Assembly: GCF_003044035.1 (NCBI RefSeq)
Contig: NZ_NVQC01000007.1
Coordinates: 25,454 to 57,453, forward strand
Direction: 5' to 3'
DNA from: Candidatus Methylomirabilis limnetica
GTDB lineage: Bacteria > Methylomirabilota > Methylomirabilia > Methylomirabilales > Methylomirabilaceae
DNA: 32,000 bases
Both the position numbers and the translations under genes were made by a program. Below are positions 7,344 through 14,971 of the stretch, piece by piece; the first letter of the stretch is position 1, and every line of letters starts with the position of its first letter. The notes below the pieces were generated by a model. That model was given only the letters and a program-made list of their open reading frames with translations. It did not search any database and had not been told where the DNA came from.

Positions 7344-9077
7344 TTACGCCTCCTCTTTGGTGACCCGAAGCAGATCCTCCAGGGTCGTAACCCCCAACTC
7401 AACGTTCCGCCAGCCATCCTCCCAGAGCGTCTTCATGCCAAACTGGAGCGCCTTCTGCCGAATCGTGTTAGAGTCGGCCTTTTCCAGGATCAACCGTTGA
7501 ATCTCTTCGCTGATTACCAAAAACTCGTAGATGCCGCTGCGACCACGGTATCCGGTAAAGTTACACGCGGCGCATCCCTTACCCCGAAATACCTGCATCG
7601 ATCCATCGACCTCGGTCTTGATCCCCATTTTTCGGACCGCAGCCGAATCCAACCGGTACGACTCCCGGCACTCATGGCAGATAACGCGGACCAAGCGCTG
7701 AGCCAGGACCGCCACCAGGACGCTCGAAACCAGGTAGTTTTCGATACCCATGTCCAGAAGCCTCGTGATGGCGCCGGGCGCGTCATTCGTATGCAGGGTG
7801 CTGAACACCAGATGCCCGGTCAGCGCCGAATGGATGGCGATGTCTGCGGTCTCCGCATCGCGGATCTCCCCAACCATGATGATGTCTGGATCCTGGCGGA
7901 CGATAGAGCGCAGGCCGTTCGCGAAGGTCAGACCGATCTTGGGCTTGACGTGGATCTGGTTGACTCCTTGGAGCTGATACTCAACCGGGTCCTCGATGGT
8001 GATGATCTTTTTGTCGGCGGAGTTGATCTCACTCAGCGCCGTGTACAAGGTGGTCGTCTTCCCGCTCCCGGTCGGCCCCGTCACCAGGATCATGCCATGC
8101 GGCTTTCTAATCAGCCGCTGGAATTGTAAGCGAATATCTTCAGGCATGCCCATATCCCCGAGGCTCAGGAGGAGGCTACTGCGATCCAGGATTCGCATCA
8201 CGACGCTTTCGCCGTGCAAGGTGGGAATCGTGGAGACCCGGAGGTCCAGGTCCTTCCCCAGGATCTGGAGCCTGATCCGACCGTCCTGTGGAAGCCGTCG
8301 CTCGGCGATGTTCATCTTGGCCATGATCTTGACACGGGAGATCACGGCCCTCTGGAGCCGCTTGGGAGGGGACTCGTGGTCCACCAGCACGCCATCCACC
8401 CGGTAGCGGATTCGAAGCGTATCCTCGAACGGTTCGATGTGGATATCGCTGGCGCGGGCCTCCACCGCCCTGGTGATCACGAGATTCACAAGCTGGATAA
8501 CAGGGGCCTCGGAGGCCAGATCCCGCAGATGATCGATATCCTCACGATCATCGCCTGACGCCCCACCCTCCTCCTCGCTATACCCCTTGACGATCTTCTC
8601 GATCGTCGCCTGGCCATCGCCATAATACTGATCGATCGCATCGAGGATCTCCCGATCCTGGGCTAAACAGACTATGATAGCGAGGCCGGTGCTAAGTCGA
8701 AGGTCGTCTAGCGTATACGGATCAGCCAGGTCGCCCATGGCGACGGTCAACGCGCCATCTTTGATCTCAATCGGGAAGACCTTGTGCTCCCGCAGGTACT
8801 TCGAGGAGGGACGATTACGAATCAGAACAGGTGTAATCGAGAGGGCTGCGAGCGATAGATAGGGAACTGCAAATTGCAGGGCAAGAGCTTTTGCGACGTC
8901 TTCTTCTGACACATACCCAAGCTCTACAAGGGTTTCCCCAAGCCGTTTACCGACCTCCCGCTGGTGAGCTAACCCTCGTTGGAGTTGGTCCCGAGCAACC
9001 AAGCCCTCACGGATCAGGATTTCGCCAAGCGGTTCGCGCACCCCACTCCACTGCCCACTGCCCATAGTGCGATCCAT
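7344..9077 (-). CDS. gspE: Type II secretion ATPase GspE
   Basis: 577 aa. N-terminal MshEN/GspE_N-like domain, Walker A GPTGSGKTTTLY, Asp and His boxes, and the tetracysteine motif CHEC...CAAC. Confidence 0.92.
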   Translation of the reverse strand: MDRTMGSGQWSGVREPLGEILIREGLVARDQLQRGLAHQREVGKRLGETLVELGYVSEEDVAKALALQFAVPYLSLAALSITPVLIRNRPSSKYLREHKVFPIEIKDGALTVAMGDLADPYTLDDLRLSTGLAIIVCLAQDREILDAIDQYYGDGQATIEKIVKGYSEEEGGASGDDREDIDHLRDLASEAPVIQLVNLVITRAVEARASDIHIEPFEDTLRIRYRVDGVLVDHESPPKRLQRAVISRVKIMAKMNIAERRLPQDGRIRLQILGKDLDLRVSTIPTLHGESVVMRILDRSSLLLSLGDMGMPEDIRLQFQRLIRKPHGMILVTGPTGSGKTTTLYTALSEINSADKKIITIEDPVEYQLQGVNQIHVKPKIGLTFANGLRSIVRQDPDIIMVGEIRDAETADIAIHSALTGHLVFSTLHTNDAPGAITRLLDMGIENYLVSSVLVAVLAQRLVRVICHECRESYRLDSAAVRKMGIKTEVDGSMQVFRGKGCAACNFTGYRGRSGIYEFLVISEEIQRLILEKADSNTIRQKALQFGMKTLWEDGWRNVELGVTTLEDLLRVTKEEA

Positions 9078-9154
9078 CCTCGATGCTACGGCCCCTTTTG
9101 CGCGACTGAACCCACCACTTCAGCTCCCAGAAAACAAGCCATTGAGCTAGCCGA

Positions 9155-9184
9155 ATGATAGATCGGCTCGAAAGATCGTGTCAA
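9155..9184 (-). promoter_or_regulatory. Candidate sigma70 promoter for gspE
   Basis: Minus strand: TTGACA (9179-9184), 18-nt spacer, TATCAT (9155-9160). It lies ~75 nt upstream of the gspE ATG. Confidence 0.4.
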
Positions 9185-9227
9185 GGACTTAACGCCGCCT
9201 GCTACCACCAGTCTAGATCGAATTCGC

Positions 9228-9257
9228 TTAACAATTTGGGGATTCACCCGTTATAAT
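9228..9257 (+). promoter_or_regulatory. Candidate sigma70 promoter facing the RiPP-like operon
   Basis: Plus strand: TTAACA (9228-9233), 18-nt spacer, TATAAT (9252-9257). It is divergent from the gspE promoter and ~270 nt upstream of precursor A. Confidence 0.35.
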
Positions 9258-9525
9258 GACCCCCACAGGGGATTCCCCGAGGGCGCCCCACTCCTATTTA
9301 CAACGTAGCCTGTTCCTGAGTTCCGATGATGCGAGGGGCGGCAATAACAATGAGCGATCCTTCCTCAGCGGGCATCCGGTGCTTTTCTGGATTCCCCGGT
9401 CAAGCCGGGAAATAACAAGTATAGTAAACGGTGTCGTCATTATTCTAAGGCCGTTAAGAACTTCCTGAAGATTATCGCGTGGACTCAGTCAATGCAGTGA
9501 GGAACCTTTGACAGGAGGGTGAAAA

Positions 9526-9666
9526 ATGGGGGAATCGGGAAAGACAGCAGAGCTTATCGATCGTGAGGCGAAGGAGTCCAAAGCCGCCTACGAGCGGCCT
9601 ATCCTCAGACGGGTGGGGTGGCTTCGGGATGTGACCGCTCAGGCGAGCATAGATACTATTGAGTGA
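9526..9666 (+). CDS. RiPP precursor peptide A (46 aa), lasso-type leader, predicted core QASIDTIE
   Basis: Not in the ORF track. GGAGGG lies 6 nt upstream of the ATG. MGESGKTAELIDREAKESKAAYERPILRRVGWLRDVTA|QASIDTIE matches Y-x2-P-x-L-x3-G-x5-T-x. Confidence 0.75.
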   Translation: MGESGKTAELIDREAKESKAAYERPILRRVGWLRDVTAQASIDTIE

Positions 9667-9691
9667 GGAACCTTTGACGGGAGGGTAAAAA

Positions 9692-9826
9692 ATGGGGGAA
9701 TCGGGAAAGACAGCAGAGCTTATCGATCGTGAGGCGAAGGAGTCCAAAGCCCCCTACCAGCGTCCCACCCTCAGGCGAGTGGGGTGGCTTCGGGATGTGA
9801 CCGCTAACGGAAGCACTGATACTTAG
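9692..9826 (+). CDS. RiPP precursor peptide B (44 aa), predicted core NGSTDT
   Basis: Tandem paralogue of A, offset 166 nt, same RBS. MGESGKTAELIDREAKESKAPYQRPTLRRVGWLRDVTA|NGSTDT. The first 20 codons are identical to A. Confidence 0.75.
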   Translation: MGESGKTAELIDREAKESKAPYQRPTLRRVGWLRDVTANGSTDT

Positions 9827-9898
9827 ATACTTTTTGGATTTGCCCCATGCCCCTTCACTAGACAGCCTGGTATTCTGGCGCCTGAGAGGTAAAGCGGC

Positions 9899-11272
9899 AT
9901 GGACGTAGTAGGGGCTGCGCTGAGCAGGCGCCTGCGTTCGTTCTTTCGATCGCGGCGAAAGCTGCAGAAACTACAAGACTCCTTCCACAATCTGGGATGG
10001 TACGCCCTCACTGCCTGGTCACGCTGGAAGCTTAAGGGATTCCAGGGGCCGGTGATTGCTATTACCGGCACCAAAGGGAAGACTACGACCACCCGCCTGA
10101 TCTCCAGGATTTATTCGGATGCCGGTTATCGGGTCGGGATGGCCTGTAGCGGGGGGGTCTACGTCAATGGCATCTGCGTCCTAAGTGGGTCATTCTCGGG
10201 TGTGGACGGTCCCCTCCGGGCCTATCGGGCCGGAGGGCGCGATCTTCTCGTGCTGGAAACCGCCCATGGCTCGATCCAGCGGTATGGATTCGGCTTCCCT
10301 GACTGTAACGTCGCGATCTTCACCAATATTACCGATGGCCACCTGGGTGAGCTAGGCATCGAAACCCTGGAGGAGATGCTGGCCCTGAAATGGAGGTTGG
10401 CTTCCAGGGTCCGTTCAGGGGGGACTATCATTCTAAACGCTGATGATCCTCTTCTGTCCTCCCTTCGCCCTCCTCGATGTGTCGAAGCGGTCCACCTGAG
10501 CCTTGCCAGATCTCCTGCGCATGGCGGCGCTGATCTCGGTGCGCCTCTGTATCGATACGATTATCATGGAGCGGTGGTAAAGGAGTGTGGCGGATGCCCT
10601 TCCATCGTTGCCGAAATCTCTGATGCACCTTTGCTTTGTAAGGGCTTTGCTCCGTATAACGCCTACAACCTGCTGGCGGCCATTGCCTCCGTAGAGGCCA
10701 TGCGTCCATTCCTGCCAGTTTCACAGGAGTCGCTTCTCAAGAGTCTCATGTCTTTCGGGTCGGTCCCGGATGATAACCCTGGGCATTTCAATCTGTTCGA
10801 GGGTGCATGGGGAAGGGTGCTCCTTTTGGCGGGGAGCAACAGGGACAGTTACCAGAGGGATGCCCAGGCTCTTGCCAGAATACGGGTCTGCCCCCCTTTT
10901 CCTGTGGGACGCATCATCGGGGTTATCACGGGCATAGGGATGCAATCAACGAGTTACATCCGTGAACTTGCCGGGATCGCCGCTTCCGTGTGTGATGAGA
11001 TCATCATCCGGGAACCCCTGCCGCGTTACAGGCATGTGAGGGCCCCGGGAGAGATCTCATCTATCCTGAAGTCAGCGGCGTTGGAGTCTGGCATCCCTTA
11101 TCACGCCATTCATGTTTGGAGCGAGACATCTGACCTGATCAGGGATCTCGTTCTCCCCAACAGGGAGGCAAACCGTTTCGTTGCTGTCTTTTCTGCATTT
11201 GCCCAGGAGCCGATCATTGATCTCTGCCGGCGCTTGGGTGACCTGGGTTCCAGCTCTAACCGGTGGTCGTGA
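9899..11272 (+). CDS. Stand-alone Mur ligase family protein, cyanophycin synthetase M-domain-like
   Basis: 457 aa. P-loop ITGTKGKTTTTRLI, then GGVYVNG...LVLETAHGSIQRYGFGF..CNVAIFTNITDGHLG...IILNADDPLL parallels the CphA Mur-ligase-like domain. There is no ATP-grasp domain. Confidence 0.75.
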   Translation: MDVVGAALSRRLRSFFRSRRKLQKLQDSFHNLGWYALTAWSRWKLKGFQGPVIAITGTKGKTTTTRLISRIYSDAGYRVGMACSGGVYVNGICVLSGSFSGVDGPLRAYRAGGRDLLVLETAHGSIQRYGFGFPDCNVAIFTNITDGHLGELGIETLEEMLALKWRLASRVRSGGTIILNADDPLLSSLRPPRCVEAVHLSLARSPAHGGADLGAPLYRYDYHGAVVKECGGCPSIVAEISDAPLLCKGFAPYNAYNLLAAIASVEAMRPFLPVSQESLLKSLMSFGSVPDDNPGHFNLFEGAWGRVLLLAGSNRDSYQRDAQALARIRVCPPFPVGRIIGVITGIGMQSTSYIRELAGIAASVCDEIIIREPLPRYRHVRAPGEISSILKSAALESGIPYHAIHVWSETSDLIRDLVLPNREANRFVAVFSAFAQEPIIDLCRRLGDLGSSSNRWS

Positions 11273-11480
11273 GTGCTTCCCAGCCTGTCGGTCATCATGA
11301 CAGGTTAGTGGCGGTCGTTAATGACCAGAGCTGATAACCAGGGTCAACCTCCAATACTCTCAATACACTGGAAGTCGCCATGTGCGGGTAGTGGCGAATC
11401 TCCTTGACCGGTTAGGGCATGGTCTGATATGAGGTTGGAGTTGACCAAGTCTCAACCGTCGTCACACGTATGAGGCATCG

Positions 11481-11801
11481 ATGGAATTGAGAGATCTTAC
11501 TCGTATTTGCCCGATGAAAGGTGAACATGTCACATGGAAGGCCCTCGAAGGGGAGAGCGTACTCCTCCATCTCGAGACCGGTGTCTATTTCACCTTGAAT
11601 GAAACGGGCACCACGGCATGGGAGCTGTTCGATGGGGCGACCTCTTTGGCTGCGATAGGTGAGGCCCTGTACGCGCGATTCGATGTCCTGCCAGAACAGG
11701 TTGGGCAGGATCTCCTCGATCTGACGCAGACACTCCTAAAGGAAGGATTGGTGAGGGTTTGTGAAGACCCTTCGACGCCTTCGGGAACTGAGCGATCCTG
11801 A
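11481..11801 (+). CDS. PqqD family RiPP recognition element (lasso B1-like)
   Basis: 106 aa. VLLHLETGVYFTLNETGTTAWELFDGATSLAAIGEALYARFDV is a typical PqqD/RRE fold signature. GAGG lies 5 nt upstream of the ATG. Confidence 0.85.
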   Translation: MELRDLTRICPMKGEHVTWKALEGESVLLHLETGVYFTLNETGTTAWELFDGATSLAAIGEALYARFDVLPEQVGQDLLDLTQTLLKEGLVRVCEDPSTPSGTERS

Positions 11802-12264
11802 GGCGCTTTGGCTCTTCGTCTGGTCGCTTCTCACCATCTTCGAGGCAGCCGTCCTTGTGCGGACCTTGCCATTGCCCACGCTCCTCAGCCACTTTAGCCG
11901 TCAGTCTTCAAGGCGTTCCGAGCGGAAGGCGCTCGTCAAACCGGAGATTCGCTCACTCGACCGGGTCCGGCGGTATAGCAATATGATCATCACACGTCTC
12001 CTCCGTTCTCGGCGCCCATGCCTACTCCGCTCCCTAGTCGTGTACCGATACGGTTGCAAGCACGGTATCCCAGTCTCGATCCACTTTGGTGTGAGGTCCG
12101 GTATGGATAGATTGGAAGGACATAGCTGGGTGACGCTTGACGGCGCCCCCCTGGGTGAGTCGGAAGAAGGGTTGCGTCCGTATGTGGCCGTCTATTCGTA
12201 CCCGACAGGTACCGACGGGGCCGACCCCCAACACGCTCTGGCAGCGGTTGGCTGGCGGCCATGA
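11761..12264 (+). CDS. Transglutaminase-like cysteine protease (lasso B2-like leader peptidase)
   Basis: 167 aa, GTG start overlapping B1 by 41 nt. Motifs RRPCLLRSLVVYRY (Cys), GVRSG...GHSWVTLDG (His/Asp) match lasso B2 proteins. Confidence 0.85.
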   Translation: MKTLRRLRELSDPEALWLFVWSLLTIFEAAVLVRTLPLPTLLSHFSRQSSRRSERKALVKPEIRSLDRVRRYSNMIITRLLRSRRPCLLRSLVVYRYGCKHGIPVSIHFGVRSGMDRLEGHSWVTLDGAPLGESEEGLRPYVAVYSYPTGTDGADPQHALAAVGWRP

Positions 12265-13361
12265 TCGGACAGCTCGTCGAAACAGGGTGCCGCGCCACAC
12301 CCGGTCTTGGTCGCTGGTACCTGGACCATTATGTCAGTATCAAGCGATTCGAGAAGCAGGTCCGACGCCGACTAGGATTTCCCGCACCCCCCTCATCGGT
12401 AGATCTCCTGCTGACCTATGGCTGTAACTTCACCTGCGATCACTGCGAATCCTCGTCCCATCCCAAGGCCGAGTGGGGGCTTTCCTTCGAGACGATCGCC
12501 CGGCTGATTCGTGAGATGGGGGAGATGGGGGTGAAGTATCTTAACATTACGGGCGGCGAGCCACTCGTTCGACACGATGTCTTCGACATCATTGATCTCG
12601 CCACTCAACAGGGATTGCGGGTGCATCTGGCCACCAACGGAAGCCTGGTCGAGCAGAACCGCGAACGGCTGGCCCGGCTCAAGCTGGCCAGCGTCTTTAC
12701 CAGCGTGGACGGCTTGGAGGAGACGAACGATCGCTTCCGACACCACCCCGGGGCCTTCAAGAAAACCTTCCGGGCCCTTGAGTTGTTTCAGGAGATGGGG
12801 ATCTCCCCTCGCATGGTCAATACGATGGCCCATCCCGGAAACCTCCATGAGATGGAGGAGCTGGGGGATTGGATTATGGCCTCGGCTGCGACCTGCTGGC
12901 GGATCGCGCTGGCCCTGCCCTCGGGGCGGGCAAAGGGCAAGGATCGTTTCCATCTGACCGACGATCAGATCCGGTGGATTCTTGATTTTATCCGAGAGCG
13001 ACGGGAACGATTTCCGGTGATGCTAAGCGAAGAGGTGGGGTATCTGGGACCGTGGGATCTGGAGGTCAGGTCGAAGCCATTCACCCCCTCGGAAGGGCTG
13101 AGCGTCTGTGCCATCATGCCAACAGGGGATGTCATCGGGGCAACCGTCCTTCATGATGCGGCCTATTCCGAAGGGAACATCAAGGATCAGGGCCTCAGGG
13201 AGATTTGGAATAACGGCTTCCAGCGCTATCGGGAGCCGGTCCTTCCAGAGGAGTGTTACGCCTGCCGCCACCTCCCTGCCTGCGGCGGCGGCAAGTTAGT
13301 GATGCGCGTAGGTAATCGTCACTGCAACAAACAACTCTGGGAAGGAGGAGGAAACGCATGA
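12261..13361 (+). CDS. Radical SAM enzyme with C-terminal SPASM/twitch-like Cys cluster
   Basis: 366 aa. CNFTCDHC (Cx3Cx2C), GGEPL, and C-terminal C..G...CYACRHLPAC...HC. ATGA overlap with B2. Its stop overlaps the ATG of precursor C (ATGA). Confidence 0.88.
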   Translation: MIGQLVETGCRATPGLGRWYLDHYVSIKRFEKQVRRRLGFPAPPSSVDLLLTYGCNFTCDHCESSSHPKAEWGLSFETIARLIREMGEMGVKYLNITGGEPLVRHDVFDIIDLATQQGLRVHLATNGSLVEQNRERLARLKLASVFTSVDGLEETNDRFRHHPGAFKKTFRALELFQEMGISPRMVNTMAHPGNLHEMEELGDWIMASAATCWRIALALPSGRAKGKDRFHLTDDQIRWILDFIRERRERFPVMLSEEVGYLGPWDLEVRSKPFTPSEGLSVCAIMPTGDVIGATVLHDAAYSEGNIKDQGLREIWNNGFQRYREPVLPEECYACRHLPACGGGKLVMRVGNRHCNKQLWEGGGNA

Positions 13362-13486
13362 AGGAAGTCCAGGAACAGAACGTCCATGAGACCGATCAGA
13401 AGACGCCCTACACGAAGCCGACCCTCACGAAGCACAAGCCGCTGCGGGATATTACGGCGGGGGACATCTCGGGTGCCCGTGGATAA
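13358..13486 (+). CDS. RiPP precursor peptide C (42 aa), predicted core GDISGARG
   Basis: Not in the ORF track. GGAGGAGG RBS. MKEVQEQNVHETDQKTPYTKPTLTKHKPLRDITA|GDISGARG has the same spacing as A/B, with K in place of the motif G. Confidence 0.75.
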   Translation: MKEVQEQNVHETDQKTPYTKPTLTKHKPLRDITAGDISGARG

Positions 13487-13570
13487 GGGTGCGAAGTAGA
13501 CTGATGCTTACCGATGCGGCATAGCCCTCGATATCGTAAACCTTAAAGATAAAGTCCAAGGAGCGAGCCA

Positions 13571-13675
13571 ATGAAGGATGTTACGCCAACTCCAAAGCAG
13601 CCGTACACGAAGCCGACGCTGACGAAGCACAAGCCACTGCGAGATATCACGGCAGCAAATCCCTCGATTACATAA
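13571..13675 (+). CDS. RiPP precursor peptide D (34 aa), predicted core ANPSIT
   Basis: Not in the ORF track. AAGGAG lies 7 nt upstream. MKDVTPTPKQPYTKPTLTKHKPLRDITA|ANPSIT. Confidence 0.75.
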   Translation: MKDVTPTPKQPYTKPTLTKHKPLRDITAANPSIT

Positions 13676-13766
13676 GTCTTTATCGGTTGGGAATATGCGT
13701 GGATGTGACGATGCTTGACTGTGAGGTTGCTTGAGGGGGCCGTGCCGAGCGTACCACTCACCCTAA

Positions 13767-13790
13767 CCCTCTCCCACAGCGGGGAGAGGG
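13767..13790. repeat. GC-rich stem-loop (REP-like) downstream of the precursor genes
   Basis: Perfect 9-bp stem CCCTCTCCC 13767-13775 / GGGAGAGGG 13782-13790. There is no T-run, so it is not a canonical terminator. It may act as a transcript stabiliser or attenuator between the precursors and the tailoring genes. Confidence 0.45.
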
Positions 13791-13864
13791 GATCTAAAAG
13801 TTGGGTCGAGACAATACGTCACCGTAATTCTGGCCAGAAGGAGTAAGGAGCGGGATTCTTATGT

Positions 13865-14971
13865 ATGGGGCACATGGGAGCAGCGGGGATCGATTGCGTC
13901 GCGTCACCAGCCGCCAGGATGAAGGCGACACGTGTACGCTGTAATGGCACTATGAGCGGTCTCCTGACGCAGCATTTTAATATCCACGGCATCGGCGTTC
14001 GGGTGGATACTGATATTCCGTTGTTGGCCACCGCGATTGGTGAGCTGCTGCACCGGTTTGCCTATCCTCCCGTGACGGATAGTCAGCCGCTGCGATTCAT
14101 CTATGGACGTAGCGGGAAGGCCCTGGACCCACTTTCAAATGGATCATCCGATGGAGGCGGGCCATTGCTCTTCTCGACATCCTGGGAAAATGCCTTCGAT
14201 CTTGCTGGGCGGCTGGGAGTCAACTGGGACGTCTATGGTCGGGATGGTTGCCTATTGCTGGATTATCATCGACGTGGCCGGCTACGGCTTGACGTCTCGG
14301 CAGGGGTACTCGAGGGATCGCTCACTGAGCCGTTGGATCTCCACCCTGCACTGCTCCCCAGCATCTTCTTCTTTTTTCCGCTCGCGCAGCTTCTGGCACG
14401 GCGGGGACTCCATATAATTCATGCAGCCGCGCTGGAACGGAACGGGTGCGGGGTGCTGATCCCCGGCTTGAGCGGGAGCGGCAAGAGTACCAGTTGTGTG
14501 GCACTCATGCGTGGAGGGTATCGCTGCCTCTCTGATGACAAACCGTTTCTCCGAGGGACCGAGAACGGCCTTGAGCTGCTCGCCTTCCCAGAGATGATCG
14601 ATGTGACCGATCAGACCATTGCCTTCTTTCCGGAGCTTCGTGAGAGAACGGCCGCGATCGCGGTGGGTTATCGAAAGAAGCGGTTCTGCGCCGAGATGCT
14701 CTATCCGGGATCAACGGTCGATGCCGCCACACCTCGCGTGATTCTGTTTCCACAGATCAGTAAAGAGTCGACAAGTAGAGTCGAGCCGCTTTCAAAGATC
14801 AGGGCACTTCAGGCGCTCCTGCCTCATAGTCTCCTCTGTTTTGATCGCGAGGTTTCGGTACGTCACTTCGAGCTGCTCTCACGCCTCGTCGAAACAACTG
14901 CCTGCTATCGCCTGCATTTTGGCCGTGACGTCATGGACCTGCCCCGCCTGATCGATCCGCTCCTGGGATGA
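13865..14971 (+). CDS. HPr kinase-related (HprK-like) serine/threonine peptide kinase
   Basis: 368 aa. HIIHAAALERNGCGVLIPGLSGSGKSTSCVALMRGGYRCLSDD matches the HprK C-terminal P-loop region. The start is uncertain (ATG 13865, 13919 or 13952). Confidence 0.75.
   Translation: MGHMGAAGIDCVASPAARMKATRVRCNGTMSGLLTQHFNIHGIGVRVDTDIPLLATAIGELLHRFAYPPVTDSQPLRFIYGRSGKALDPLSNGSSDGGGPLLFSTSWENAFDLAGRLGVNWDVYGRDGCLLLDYHRRGRLRLDVSAGVLEGSLTEPLDLHPALLPSIFFFFPLAQLLARRGLHIIHAAALERNGCGVLIPGLSGSGKSTSCVALMRGGYRCLSDDKPFLRGTENGLELLAFPEMIDVTDQTIAFFPELRERTAAIAVGYRKKRFCAEMLYPGSTVDAATPRVILFPQISKESTSRVEPLSKIRALQALLPHSLLCFDREVSVRHFELLSRLVETTACYRLHFGRDVMDLPRLIDPLLG

Noticed and set aside
9472-9747. 91-aa minus-strand ORF covering the tandem precursor region
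   Set aside because: It is antisense to two plus-strand small ORFs that have strong RBSs and a conserved leader motif. Its apparent internal repetition is just the 166-nt duplication read backwards, it has no RBS, and its composition is low-complexity.
11321-11407. 28-aa ORF (MTRADNQGQPPILSIHWKSPCAGSGESP) in the 208-bp gap between the Mur ligase and B1, considered as a fifth precursor
   Set aside because: It has no Shine-Dalgarno, lacks the Y..P.L....LRD.TA motif, and has no similarity to the other four precursors.
9526-13675. Classifying the four peptides as canonical lasso peptides
   Set aside because: The leader motif and B1/B2 fit. However, the cores are 6-8 aa, three of the four lack a ring-closing Asp/Glu at positions 7-9, there is no room for a tail, and no asparagine-synthetase-like cyclase lies in the window.
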